64,000 bases of DNA from the human T2T-CHM13v2.0 reference genome, Homo sapiens, in the NCBI RefSeq assembly GCF_009914755.1, contig NC_060940.1; one strand, 5' to 3'. The notes below the pieces were generated by a model. It searched no databases, was not told the DNA's origin, and saw only the letters and a list, made by a program, of their open reading frames with translations. The translations under genes and the position numbers were made by a program. Position 1 is the first letter of the stretch. Every line of letters starts with the position of its first letter. Positions 1 through 18,770 of this stretch are shown here, in pieces.

Positions 1-39
1 TACTACGTACGCACAGAGATGAAGGGAAGAAAATTCTTT

Positions 40-195
40 TGGTCTCTTTAAATTCCCTATCTGTAAATTGAAGAAATTATAGTATTTCCATCCTCACAGG
101 TTTGTTTTGAGATCTAAGTAACATAATGCAGTCAGGATTTTATCATAGAGCCAGCCACCAAGTGAACTTCAATAAATGGTTAATATTTTATCATT
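40..195 (+). mobile_element. MIR SINE fragment (core and 3' part)
   Basis: 'ccctatctgtaaattg...cctcacaggtttgttttgagat...ttcaataaatggttaatatt' follows the MIR core/3' consensus. Confidence 0.7.
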
Positions 196-957
196 AGTTT
201 TGACTTTTGTTTTCATATCCATTCATTATGCTTTTTGGAAAATTACTTCAAGCAGTGTCACTTCTTACAGTCATTGTATCACCTTAAGTGAAGCTTCTGC
301 AGGACTGCTATATTGTGGTATTTATGCCTTTAAGCAGTTTTCAGCTTGGGGAAATACAAGGTTGCAGTTTACTTATCAAATAGTGAAAAACGTAACTTGA
401 GCAAATTTCTCTCCTGTATAAACAGTTAAATCCCAATGTCTTGTCCTTTGTTTCTTCTTCTAGAAGAGGTTATTCCTTGAGCCCAGTTGTATTTTGTATG
501 TTTCATAACCTTGGAAATTGTTCATCTCTATGAAGTAATCCCTTTTATTACATAATATAAAGGGAAGATAAAGTTTTTAATTCTCAACGCATCTGAAGTG
601 GTGACATGTAGCAAACAGCTCATTATCCCCCACAAAAAGCACAATTACTCAATATAGGGAAGCAGTGCTTTCAGAAGCTGCGTCATATTGGAGCTACCCC
701 ACGCTGGCTAATGTTGGATATTGATTCTGAATAATTCAAATAGCAATAAAATTGGGTTTTCATGACAGTCAATCAGAGGCATTTTATATTTAATGCTCAA
801 TAGAAGAAACACGGTGTCTCCTTACCTTCTGAATTTCAAAGCCATTAAAGTAATTGTAGGTCATTATGTGAAATTTATCTGCATAATTGGAATAGTTGAT
901 CTAATTCATGTAGCATTCAAAACAGTGGCCAGAGAAGAACCGATGAATTTTTAGATA

Positions 958-1028
958 ATGATATATATATAGTACATGTATACATATGCATACATACGCA
1001 CACGTATATTTGTATACATACACACACT
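958..1028. repeat. (TA)/(CA)-rich low-complexity tract
   Basis: atatatatat...tacatatgcatacatacgcacacgtat...cacacac. Confidence 0.7.
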
Positions 1029-1297
1029 TTTAGTCAAAGTAGTGTCACTTTACCAGCATTCATTTCTGTTAATACAGTCAACAAATCATAGGGGGATAAC
1101 TTTAAATAATTCATTTGATCCTGTTTCTCACATATTCCCAGTGGCCTCAGAAGTGAATAGCTTCTGTTGAAATGGAAATACTAAACTAAGGAGTTTCGTT
1201 CTTTATATGATTTTGCTGATATTTTCTTCTTAGTTTTCATCTGTCTTTCCAAAATAGACTTACCTGGGAGATATATATGATTATATGTATATAATTG

Positions 1298-1412
1298 GGG
1301 TCACCAGACCCCAGGGATTCTGATTTAATTTACTTGAGATTGGGGCCTGACGATCAAGATTTGTTTAGAAGCTCCTCAGTTGATTCTACTGTATAGCATA
1401 GAGTGAGAATCA
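1298..1412. mobile_element. MER5-type hAT-Charlie DNA transposon fragment
   Basis: 'ccccagggattctgatttaatt...gctcctcagttgattct...gagtgagaatca' resembles MER5A/B. Confidence 0.6.
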
Positions 1413-2444
1413 AGGTAAATCTAATTCAGTCATTCACTCACTCATTAATAAAATAGTTTATCAAGTACCTTTTATCTTCTGCAGTCTTACAGGCGTTCTG
1501 ACGGCTAAAAGGTGAGGAAGATAGTATTGTAGGAGCCTTCCCACCAATCCATTAAAATGTTTTAAAGTGCCAGTTTAGACATAGAAACAAAGAAGATGTT
1601 TATATACAGCTGCCTGGAAAGCCTAATACTTCTGTCTCTGGGAATATTATCAAAACCCTAGAGGGAAATGGGCTTCTAAAGGGTTCTTGGCTGTGTGTAG
1701 AAAGTACCTCATTCTCTTCTAACTTTAGACTTGCAACCCTTAATATATGACCTCAGATTAGTTTGTTGGAAGGTAGAGTGACATATGAAAGCAGAATTCC
1801 ACCTTACTTGGGAGTTGGGTCTTAAAGTCACACTCTGTGTTAACTTAAGTTGAGTTTGTTTCTAGCATCTGCAAAGCAGAGATATTTCTCCTGGTAAATG
1901 CTGAAGTATCGTGGGACAAATGGAGTTTGGAAGAAAGCTGCTTAGAAACGAGAATGGCCCAGGAGATACAACATGTAAAACTTGTACAGGATGCCCGACT
2001 CCGAGAAGAGATAATGGCTGATCAAAAATTCAGATCCTGATGCCAACAAATGACTCTACTTGTTGAACATTTTTGTCTAGGAAGTAATTTGGAGAGCTTG
2101 GAAATAATCATGGAGATAATCTTGATGTTCTTTATATATTCCCAGGCTGCCTGTTAGAAAGACATGTCTCCACCTTGGCAATTCCTGCTTCCTTTGACTT
2201 AAGTATTTGCTTCCCTAAAAGAAGCCTTAAATAATTATAACTCTTTACCCATAAGGAGAAGAGGAGGGGACATAGGAACAAAGCCTGAGCAAATATATAT
2301 GGTTCATATAGGGAGATGGTAGAACCGTACACCAGTGTACGGCCCTAAGGATGGGGGTAGCAATGGTGAGAATCCCTTGAATCTCATTCTTGCCCAATTT
2401 AGAATAAGAAATACATTATATAGTAAGCAGTAAGCATGTGGAAT

Positions 2445-2645
2445 CTGTCTCTGTCTGTCTCTATCATCTGTGTATCTATCATCTCTCTATCTCATCTATA
2501 TCTATCTAATCTATCAATTTATCTAATTAATCTATCCATCTATCTAATTACCTAACTGTCTAATCTATCTATCCATCTATCTACCTGTCTACCTAATCTG
2601 TCTATCAATCTATGTATCTATGCATCTATGTATCTGCCCATCTAC
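2445..2645. repeat. degenerate (TCTA)n/(TATC)n microsatellite
   Basis: ~200 bp of tcta/atct/tcca/tctg tetramers. Confidence 0.9.
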
Positions 2646-2869
2646 AGTCCTGAAAAAGGGATTGGATTCAGAGATGATAGTGATAGCATTGTTTAATGTG
2701 AAGACTGGTCATTTTGTGGAAAATCTTCAATCATGGTGAAATAACACCTCTTAGATGAAATGCCACTGTCCAAACGATTTTTAAGGTCACTGCTAGGGGC
2801 AAACAGACAAAACCGATTATTTAGTGGGTTAGGAATTCTAGAGTTGGAAGATGGCTTAGATTTCATTTA

Positions 2870-3050
2870 CTAGGAGTTTCTCATATGTGGCTGAGGAGCA
2901 GAGCCGCAAGGGGACTGTACTAAAGATTCCCAGACCCCACCCTGCTTCCTTGAATTAGAATTACCAAATATGGGGTGGGGAGATTTCTATCTTTGACAGG
3001 TTCCCCAGCTAGCTCCACAATGATCAAGAAACAGCAGTGAGGAAACACTG
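2870..3050. mobile_element. MER5-like hAT-Charlie fragment
   Basis: 'gtttctca...agattcccagaccccaccc...gaattagaatt...ttgacaggttccccag...gaaacactg'. Confidence 0.5.
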
Positions 3051-3499
3051 CTTTTGTTAGTATCATTGATGTGAGAGATCACAAAAGAGAGGTTATGTTT
3101 GCAACCCAGATCAGAAGCCAGATTATAAATTCCTACCTCAGGAATATCCTTTACCTTTGGAAAACTGGTTATATTCCTCCCTTGGAAAGCCTGAATTAGA
3201 AGATAAATACAGAGGGACTGCTGAGGACAGCTAGAATTATCTAAGATGCAAAAATACAGGGAAGATACATATCAGATCCTAGAGGAACTAAATCCAGATA
3301 CTGAAGGCTAATGGGAAATGGTAAGATGAGGTGGGAAGTAGAGTTCTGCACAACTAAAAAGGACACAAAAATATTGCCAGAAGCACAGGCAGATACTGAT
3401 CATATATCATTGTGGATCGTTGATGTCTAGGGCATGACTATACTTTAGAAAGAGGGGATCAGTGACCTCACATCTCATCTTTTGTAGCACACTGCTACT

Positions 3500-3955
3500 C
3501 TCTGTCCTTCATCCTGTGGGTTTGCCATCTTTTTGTGCTCTTGCAGAATTCTAGCTGCAAGTATCTGTGTCTCAGTTCTTGAGAGTATTTCTCAGGATTA
3601 TGGGAAGTTGCTTTGCCCATGCACAATAGGAGACCAGAATTGTGAGGCAATTAATACTCTGGGGAATAGCCCTTAACTAATGGCTCTTGGGAGCTGGAGT
3701 GTAAACACCCCAGCTCCCTCACTCCATGGGTAGGATAATGCTGAGGCACACGTTTTGAAAGTTTTCCCACATGACTAGGCTCATTGTATATCTGGCTTCT
3801 TAGTCCATCCTTTATTAAAGGATGCTTTTTTCTTCCCTGTGCTAATTTCTCCATTTCTCCCTTCCCCACTGCTGTTTCCTACCTTCCAAAATGAACAACC
3901 TTTTCTAAAATCCTTGGCTCATTGTCTGCCTCTAGGGGAATCCAAACAAACAAAG
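3500..3955 (+). mobile_element. ERVL LTR16-like solo LTR
   Basis: 3' end 'aaatccttggctcattgtctgcctctaggggaatccaaac' resembles the LTR16 terminus; internal 'taaacaccccagctccctcac'. Confidence 0.55.
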
Positions 3956-5606
3956 TGTCTGGGTGTTCCTATGTTTTCTTGCACAGCCAGTTAAAATCTG
4001 ACATCTAGGAGTAATGTATGAAATTAGCTGAGCCTACTAAAACCAAATTTGAATCAAAAGGGAAGATTTTTTTTAAAGGATCTAGGTAAATTCTGGGAAC
4101 TGTATTGGAATGACTTAAGCTATGGCTTGAGATCTATCCCTCTTTTAACCTTTCCTTCATTTCTCTTTCAGTCTTCCCTTTGCATCTGATTCTTCTGCAT
4201 AGTTTCTGGTCTCTTTCCCCTATACATCTGATCCCTCCATCTTTCCAAAGACTGACTTTCCCTGCTTACTCACAGTTGCTGCTTCTCTGCAGCCTCAGCT
4301 GGCATGTAACTGGATTACAGTGGTGTTAGATGTGGCCAAGAATCCACAATGAAATTCCAGCTCCAGAATTCACCGTCTCGGCCCCAGGCTCCTGTTCAGA
4401 TTCTCACGAGAGAGTGAGTCTCTGACAGATGCAGCATTCCTTGCTGGGAATCAGCTTCCCCAACGCAGGTGAGCTCTCTGGCCCAAGCACCTGCACTGCA
4501 CCTGCACTGGGGAGTTTATTGAGGATGGTGAGGTCACCTGATTCATTGAGTATCTCTTCCAGGGGGATGGGTTTAGGATCGTAATCTAGAAAACATTTAG
4601 TGTAGCAGGCAATTGCTTTTCATCCTGAATAGGCAGACTTTCCACCACGATTAATGCACGTAGTAGGTCTGCAAGGCAGGGACCCTCTGTGTTAATGTAA
4701 GGACAGTGACATTGGAGAGAAGAGCAAGGTGAATGCTTAGCATTTATATAGTATGTTGACGTCCTCTGTTGCCTAAAGCACATAAGCCTGATTTATGCCA
4801 TGGGAGAACTAGCACATTCTGCCAGTGCCTCTGTACATGCTGCACACCTACATTTTTGAAGAGTAAATAATGAGGTGGAGTTTTTTTGTTCATGTTTTTG
4901 TTTTACCTTGGACAGCCATTATGTAAACTTTTCACAACAAATTTGCATCTGAAAGTTTGTTGATCCTTGTGTTATATTTCATGACAAATGATGAAAATGC
5001 TAATTTCTGAATAAAGTAAGAGCTACTTTTACACATTTATTTGCAGAAGGAATTATAATTTCTTTATTGGCATTTTTTAAAGGTTAGGTACATAGTCTTT
5101 TTAAAAATTAACTTATTAAGAGACGTCAACATCTAGGGCTCCCTCTTACATAAAAAGATGCTGAAAACAGAAATATATGAATATAAGCACTGTTGAATGC
5201 AAATATCAAAATGTGAATAATGAGAAGAGCCAACCCCTCATCACCCATAGGTCATTAGAAAGTGCTTCTTCACTATTTATTTATTAGCAGGTGCCAGAGC
5301 CCTGGCAAACTCCCTTTTTTGAAATTTGGCCTTCAGTGTGATAGAAACAAATATGACTTGGGATGATAGAAACAGAAATATGACTTGGGCATATATGTAG
5401 TCCTTCCATCCTTCCATAATCCAGATATGCTGAACTGATCTGTACACCCATGTGTCAGAGCAAAGCCTGTGCCTGTCAGCTGAACCCACTCAGTCCTACA
5501 GCCTTCCTGAAAATTAAATTAAAAAAGGTTTTTTGGTGGCTTTTATAAGGGCAATAGCAGAATTTGCTAGGTCAAGCTAGTCAACATTTTTGTAATGAAC
5601 CATTTA

Positions 5607-5909
<303 letters not shown>

Positions 5910-6444
5910 TCACTCCAGAGCTGACGTTCACCCAGAACGCAGGGCCAGTGTTGGTTCTGATTGTCAGCGCTATGCTGTACAGGGTTTCAGTTCTTAGATA
6001 GTCTGAATAGTATCTTTGTCTATCTTTAAGGGTTGCCATAAAGACAAAGTTTATAGGACACAGTGTTCAGTCCCTGCCACATCATTACAGTTTAACACGT
6101 GCTTATGTTTCTTGCCATGGTCATTTTAGAGAACTTATACCCCACTGCCTGGGTATGAAATTCCAGTCTTATTACCAGAATTGCACAGGGATCTGCCAGA
6201 ATTATACAGGGTTCAACAGGTTTATTTGACGTTTTTTGTGCTTTTGATTTCAGCCCACATCCGTGCAGCTCTGCAATTGTATGATGTCTGACCCCTCTGT
6301 CCAACTCCCATTGAATATCTATGAATGCCCTTTGTTAAGCAATGTGCATGGGAGGGCTGGTATAGACATATTTGCTTTGTTCAGAAGGCAAAAAGACTAT
6401 CCTCTGGGCTCAGTTTTGAATTCACAAGATTGCTAATCATTGAT

Positions 6445-6665
6445 CGTAACAGCTCTAATTTACTGAACACTGACAATTATGTAGCCATTTCCTTTACGTG
6501 GATTATCTCATTTAATCCTCATGATAAAGGTCATGGTATTGCCTCATTACAGATGAGGACATGGGTCCAGGAAGTTAAACCACTTACTTGAATTCTCCCA
6601 AAGTACAAATGGCCCAACTAGGAGTTCAGTCCATGTAATTAAGACTGTGCTCTTTAACTACTCTC
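6445..6665 (-). mobile_element. MIR SINE
   Basis: 'attatctcatttaatcctca...ttacagatgaggaca...gaagttaa' is the antisense MIR core. Confidence 0.75.
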
Positions 6666-6989
6666 CTAAACTCAGTGGGACTAGGTCTCTATTCCTCAGA
6701 CATTCTTTTCTTTGTGATAGTTTCTCCTCTCATTCTACACATATTTTATCTTATTTGTGAGGGAAGAGTCAGAAAGCAGCACTAGACTTCAGTTCCTCTC
6801 TCCTTTCTTTTCCTCCCTTTACTCCTATCCAATCAGGACAATATAAGTTGTAGTTAAGATTTGTGGAAAATATTTTTTACGAAATCTAGATGGATAAAGC
6901 AAAACAGGTGCAGCAATGAAAAGATGAGTCATTTTCAATAGTTCTTGATGCCTAGTAAAGGTTATCAGAATGTATTAGGTTGTGTTGCC

Positions 6990-7218
6990 TCGCTTGAGCC
7001 CAGGAGTTTAAGACTGGCATGGGCAACACAGTGAGACTGTGTTTCTATAATATTTTTTTAAAGTAGCCTGTTGTGGTAGCACAGTGTATGTCTGTGTTCT
7101 CAGCTACTTGGAAGACTGAGGTGGAGGGATCACTTGAGCCAGGGAAGTCAAGGCTTCAGCGAGCCATGATTAAACAACTGTATACACTCCAGCCTGGGCA
7201 GCAGAGTGAGACCCTGTC

Positions 7219-7261
<43 letters not shown>

Positions 7262-7262
7262 T
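6990..7262 (+). mobile_element. AluJ, 5'-truncated, (AAC)n tail
   Basis: 'cttgagcccaggagttt...ggagggatcacttgagcc' J-type diagnostics; tail aacaacaac. Confidence 0.9.
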
Positions 7263-7299
7263 GAAAACCAAACTGGTGGCTTATTGCTAGATGCACATG

Positions 7300-7480
7300 A
7301 TTTAATAGAAAGGGTATGGTTTGGGAGTTAAGTACACTTGCCTCCTACCCAACTCAGCCACTCACCAGTGGGTTCATGTTGGTGGAATTACTTAAACTCT
7401 AAACCTGGTTACTTAGTGCCGTCAGCTAGGGAGCTTGTACCTACTATTCAGGGCTTTACTTTTAAGGATTGGAAAACTGT
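7300..7480 (+). mobile_element. MIR fragment
   Basis: 'ctcagccactcacc...ttacttaaactct...tacctactattcagggct...aaggatt'. Confidence 0.5.
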
Positions 7481-8230
7481 AAATAGGTAAATGGATAGAT
7501 ATTTTTCTATCTTAGTCTCTGCAGTGCCTGTCGGAGACTAAATCTTCAGAGTATACATATTTCAACAGTTATTTATTTGGAGACGTTTGAGTGGCAGCTA
7601 CTGTTGTGTCTTTTAACTATTTCTCGTCCCCATGGATGTGACTTGTATTTGCTTATGTCCCATTGCATGGCTAAAATAACTTGAAACAGAAGTTGTGTAA
7701 CATTGGATCGATCACAAAATGTTTGGGTAACAATGCTGAGACTCTCTCAGATCCCTAGGGTTGCATTTCCCCTAGAAACTGAATTTGGTTATGAAAAGCC
7801 CCAGTGCAGGAGTCTACCATGATAGTTCCCAAGTGGCATGGGTGGTGATCTGTGGTTCCTCTCCCCCTGTGAAGAACACAGACATGAGGAAATGAATCCT
7901 TGAGGTGGAGCATTGGTTACATAATTCACAGGCCCTCCTCCTGAGACCTCTGGAAATAAGCAGATGGTTGAAGAATGAGGTAGTTTTTGTTGTCATTTTT
8001 TTTTTGCCTTTTGCTTTAATTTTTGGAATAATTATGTTTGCTTTCCTAGTTGGGCTGCTCAGGTGAATTAACTCTTCTTTTTGAAAGGGATTTAGGAATT
8101 TCAGCATGGTTACCCAAATATTTTTCTGATCTATCCAGTATTACACAACTTCTGCTTCAAATTATTTTAGCCATGCAAGGAGACATAAATACAATTTATG
8201 TCCATGTTGTTACCATGGAAAACCAGTTTA

Positions 8231-8808
8231 TTTTATTTTATTAATTTTTTAAATTTTATTTTTCCGTAAGTTATTGGGGTACAGTTGGTATTTGCATACA
8301 CGAGTAAGTTCTTTAGTGGTGATTTGTGAGATTTTGGTGCACCCATCACTGCATCATATTGTCTTTTATCCCTCACCCCTCTACTCTTCCCCCCAAGTCC
8401 CCAAAGTCCATTGTATCATTCTTATGCCTTTGCATTCTCATAGCTTAGCTCCCACATATCAGTGAGAAAATATCATGTTTGGTTTTCCATTCCTGAGTTA
8501 CATCACTTAGAGTAATAGTCTCTAATCTCATCCAGGTCATTGCAAATGCTGTTAATTCATTCGTTTTTATGGCTAAGTAGTATTGCATCATATATATACA
8601 TACCTCAATTTCTTTATCCACTCATTGAGCAATGGGCATTTGGATTGGTTCCACGATTTTGCAGTTGTGAATTGTGCCACTATAAACATGCATGTGCAAG
8701 TATCTTTTTCAAATAATGACATCTTTTCATCTGGGTAGATACCCAGTAGTGGGATTGCTAGATCAAATGGTAGTTCTACTTTTAGTTCCTTAATGAATCT
8801 CCACACTG
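8231..8808 (-). mobile_element. L1PB (L1PB1-like) 3' end, 5'-truncated, with 14-bp TSD
   Basis: L1 3'UTR plus ORF2 C-terminus (ORF 8588-8806 'MWRFIKELKVELPFDLAIPLLGIYP'); TSD ggaaaaccagttta at 8217-8230 and 8809-8822. Confidence 0.92.
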
Positions 8809-9094
8809 GGAAAACCAGTTTAGAAGGACAGGTTGTGATTTGTAGCAGGTGGTGGTTCTGACCATGTATGGAATGCTGTATTCATACATCTGAATTCCAG
8901 ATGTGGATACCCTGGAAAGTGGGATACCTAGAGTCTGAAGCAATTGATTTGGAGCCCAGGTATAGACTTAGCAGGGAGGAGTGCCGTGATGGATTGGTGA
9001 TGTCTGCTGTGAAGTTAGCATCGGGAAGCGACAGCCTGTGTGCCCTGTATTCGCCACTTATCCCTGACACGGGAACCGTCTGAAAAGAGGAGCC

Positions 9095-9206
9095 TCATTT
9101 AAGCAGTATTCAGTGAACATCTACCATGTGTCAGATACTTCAGTGGGCAGTGAAAAATCAGTTCTGAGTAAGATAGTCCCTGCCTTCATTGGGTTTACAA
9201 TAGAGG
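9095..9206 (-). mobile_element. L2 3' fragment
   Basis: 'gaacatctaccatgtgtcagatact...agatagtccctgccttcattgggtttaca'. Confidence 0.6.
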
Positions 9207-11664
9207 AAACAACAGAGGCAAAGCTGTAAAGAATATTGGCAAGAATGGTAGATATTTGGCTATAGGTCAAGCAAAAAATAACTCAATGTAATTTGAATAA
9301 AGGGTTATGATATTTTTGCATTTTCCCGTATTTCTTCTGACAAAAGTTCACTTGTGATTATCCCTACCCTTATATGTTATTTATAGATTTCTTGTTTAGA
9401 AGTATAAAAATGCATCAGTTTTATCTGTTGTTTAATTATCAGGTAAAGACTAGAAGAAATATTGGGCCTTCATGTAAGTGTGCATCACAGTATTAAAATA
9501 GAATTCAAATATTTGAAAGTTAAAAAGAACAGACATGTTACTCCTTGTCCAGTTCAGATGGCCAAAACAGCTACTACGTGGTGGCTATGAACTTTCTGGA
9601 AGTCATTGCTGCTCAACATCAGTTTTAAATCTGGACTCTGCTTCTAGGATGTGTTTTCTCGCCCGAGGCTCATTTGATGTGAGGGCTTAGCAAATAAATA
9701 CAGTTGGGAAGAGTGAAGAGTGTTAATCAGGTTCAATATAGGCTAGGCTTTTTCCTCAAAATGTCCCAGAGCCTTAAGTTGGATGAATGTCTAGGTACAC
9801 AAATGATATATGGGATTTAAATAATAGTCCATTTATTAATAAGAGGAAAGGTATCTTATATCAAGATTGTTTATATTTCATTTAGTTAACTCCTTTTATC
9901 TGGGACATTGCAGACTTTTCCTAAACAAAATGTACTATAATATTTTCGAGATGGGGGAAGCCATGAAGCCTAAGTTACATTTAAAAATTTGTTAAATAAG
10001 ATAATGAGTAAACATTCCCAGCACAATGCTTGAGCCAGAGAAAAGTGCTAAATAAATTCTAACTATTGCCACTGGGAATAATAATGTGTGTCTGCAACAG
10101 AAAACAAAAACACAAAGGACTTGTCTCTTTTTTTTTTGCGGTAATTCTTAAAAAAAAAAAAAAGTCAGGCATTTTCCTCTTGTCAAGATGGTGTAATAGG
10201 GACCAGATGTAACCTCTCATCTTAAATGACTGTATGATGATCAAAACACATGGAACAATGGTTTGCATAACACTGTACATCAAATAGTAATGGACAGCAA
10301 TCCTTGACAGGAGCAAAGGATGTGAGTCCTTTGATTGCCCCAGCTTACTGCCTTAAGAGTTTCCATAAGGAGAGGAGGGGAACTGAGATGAAGCCTGGAA
10401 TACTCCCTGTATTGAGGAAGTGTAACTGAGGGTCCGGGGAGCAAGGCACCTGTCATTCTGAGTATAGAGCATCAGAGTGGAGAGTAGGAGCCCAGGAGAG
10501 TATTTATAGGAATTCTGAATGTGTATGTATCGAATAAAAGAGCTGTAAAATCTGTGAAGCAAAAACATATAGAACATAAAAAAACAGATATATGAACCCA
10601 CAATTATAATTGTAAACCTCAACATCCATCTCGCAACAATTTATAGAATGACTGTATAGGACATAAGGAAGGATAGAGAAGAACTCACCACCATCAACCA
10701 ACAAGATGTCATTGACAATTACAGAACCCTTTACCCCAAAAGAGCAGAATACACATTCTTTTAAGGAGCCCATAGAGCATATACCTTGAGAGACCATGTC
10801 CTAGGCCATAAAATAGACATCAGCAAATGTAAAGACAGTGAAATCTTGGGGTGTGGTCTCTGACAACAGTAGAATCAAACTAGAAATTAATTCATAAAGA
10901 CAACAGGAAAAAATCCCAAACACTTGGAAGCTAAACAGTAAACTTCTCAGTAATCCATGAGTTGAAAATGAAGTCTCATAATACATTTTAAAAATGACAT
11001 TGAACTTAATGAAAATAAACATACAGTGTATCAAAATGTGTGTGTCGCAGCTAAAGCAGTCATTAGAGGGAAATGTATACCCCTAAATGCTTTCAATTTA
11101 AAAATGACAATTCTAAAATCAATAATGTAAGCTCCTACTTCAGACAAAAATAGGGAAAGAAGAGCTAAATAAACCTAAAGCAAGCAGCAGAGAGGAAATA
11201 ATAAAAATTGGAGCAAAAGTCAATGAAATTGAAAACAGAAAAACAAGAGAGAAATGCTAGTTCTTTAAAAATATAGAAGAAAATGGCAAACTTCTAGTAG
11301 GGATGATAGAAAAAAAAAAAGAAGGGAATAATTACCCATATCAGGAGAGAAGGTGAGAATATTACTATAGACCCTGCAGACATTAAAAGGATAATAAGAG
11401 AGTACTCTGAACAGCTCTGCACTTACTCATTTGACAGCTTAAACCAATTCTCTTGAAAAGCACAAACTGCAATTCACCCAATATGCAATAGATAATTTGA
11501 ATGACCCTATAACTATTAAGGAAACTGAATTCATAATTTAACATCCCCCCTCCCCCCACCCCAAGGGAATCTCCGGTCTAAATGGTTTCACTGGAGAATT
11601 CTACCCATATTTTTAAAACATTTAACACCAATTCTTCAAAATATCTTTTAGAAAATAGAAGGTG

Positions 11665-11982
<318 letters not shown>

Positions 11983-13444
11983 TTATGAAGCCATTACACT
12001 CTGGTCACAAAACTGGACAAAGAAAGTAACAAAAGAAACAAGAAAACTGCAAATCAATATCCCTGATAAATATAGAATTAACACTATTTAAAACATTTTC
12101 AAATAGAATCTAACAATATATAAAAAGACTTATGCAACCTAACCTAATGAGGAATAGTCCAGTAATACAATACTAATTCAGTATTTGAAAATCAGTTGAT
12201 GTTATTCACTATACCGATAGGTTCAAGAAGAAAAATCACATGCTCACATTAGCTGATGCAGGAAAACATTTGACAAAATTGATACACAACCAGAAGTCTC
12301 AGAAAAAAATAAGAATCGATAACAGTTTTCTTAACTCGATAAAGGATATGTGCAAAAAACCTACATCTAATATTGTGTATAATGGTACAAATGAATGATT
12401 TCCCCTTAAATACAGGAACAAGACACCACTGCTATTCAACATAGTAGGGAATTTCTAAACAGTGCAATAAGACAAGAAATATAAATAAAAGGCATACAGA
12501 TTAAAATAAAGAAATAAAGCTATCCTTATTAGTGGATTCCATGGTTATAGAGTAAACACCAAAAATTTAAAACCCACACACATTTTGTGGACTGACAAGT
12601 TAGCTCACCAAAGTCACAGGATATGAAATCACATTGCAAAAAACAGTTTCTAAATTTCTTACAGTAAACAGATAAAAGCAACTTAAAATACAATACCATT
12701 TTAATCACCCAGAAAAAAGGGAAATATTTAGGTGTGCATCTAACAGGACTTGTATGCTGAAAATTATCAAATGCTGATGAAAAAGGCCAACATGTAAATA
12801 GATGGAAAAGCACAGTGTGTTCATGGATTGAAAGACTCCACTTTGTAAAGATGCCATTTCTGCTCAAATTGATACACAGAGGTAATGCAATCATTTCAAA
12901 ATATCAGCAGAGTTTTTAAAAATAAATATAGACAAGATTATCTCAAAATTTGAATAGAAAAGCAAAGAAACTAGAGTTGTTAACACAATTTTGAAAAATA
13001 AGAATCAGGTGGGACAAACCAGTCTACCTAGTTTCAAGATGTTATGTAACTCCAGTCATCATCGCTATGTGGTATTTGCTTAGATGTAGACACCTAAATC
13101 ATTGGAAGGGAAGAGAAGACACTGAAATAGCCCCAGACAACATTGACCAGCTGATTTTTGCCAGTAATGCAAAAGCAATTTAATGGGGGAAGTATAATCT
13201 TTACAACAATGGTGCTGGAACAATTGGCTATTTATAGGCAAAATAATAATAATAAATAATAAATCTTGACCTAAACTTCACATCTCATAAAAATTAGCTC
13301 AAAATGGATCGTAGGTTAAATTGAAAACATAAAACTATAAAACTTTCAGGCAATCCTATAGGAAAAAAATCTTTCGAACTTAGAGCTCGGTGACATGCCA
13401 CCAAGGGTCTATAAAAGAAAAAAATGATAAATTAGACTTCATCA

Positions 13445-14200
<756 letters not shown>

Positions 14201-15199
14201 TGTCAAAGAGTGAAAACCAATCCATTTAGAAAATCTTTTTAAAGTGACTTGAAGAAGTATTTTACCAAAGAGGATATATGGAGGCAATCAAGAACATGGA
14301 AAGAATTCGGCATTACTAGCTATTAGGGAAATGCAGATTAAGAATATAATAACATATCATTATACACATGTTAAACAGGTAAAATTTAAGATAGAAACTA
14401 TCAAATATTTACAAGGACGCATAGAAAGTGTGTCTCTCATATACTGATGATGGCAATGCAAAATGACACAACTCTTCTGGCAAATTGGTTGTAGTTTCTT
14501 AAAATAAATAGACATTTACCAATGAGTCAACAATCACATTTCTGGACATTTATTCCACAGAAATGAAAGTTAATGTCCACGAAAAACCCCAGAAAGCTAT
14601 ACACAATTATTGTCAGCAGTTTTATTTCTGAGTCAAAAACTGGAAACAACCAAAATATCTACAGTAGGTGAATGGTTAAAGAAACTGTGAGATACCCGTA
14701 CTGTGAACTACTATTCAGCAATAAAAACTGAATGAACTATCGATATACACAACACCTGTGATGAATCTCAAGGGCACAATGTTGAATGAAAATTAAAACA
14801 GTCTCAAAAGGTTATAGACTATACAATGTCATTTATATAACACTTTGACCATGAGAGAAGTATAAAGATTTGGACATAGTTGCCAGTATGGTGGGAGAAA
14901 AAAAGATGGGTAGAACTATAAAGGTACAGCATGAAGGAGAAATCTGTGGTGAATTAGTTCTGTATTGTATTGTGGTGGTAGTTACAGAAATCTATACGTG
15001 TAATAAAAGGGGTTAAACTTATACAAACACACTTTATCAATGTCAATATCATATAGTACAATATGATATTATAGTTGCATAAGATGTAACAAATGGGTTA
15101 CCAATGTCACTAGCAGGATAGGGAAACAATACTTCTCTGTAGTGTCTTTACAACTGTCTGTGTATTTGTAATATTTTCCAAATAAGTTATAAAGATTTC

Positions 15200-18770
<3,571 letters not shown>

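Noticed and set aside
3990-4570. Possible additional MLT/LTR relic
   Set aside because: Only vague similarity; I cannot support a family or boundaries.
7073-7264. ORF ending in a polyglutamine tract
   Set aside because: It is an AluJ arm read into its (AAC)n tail.
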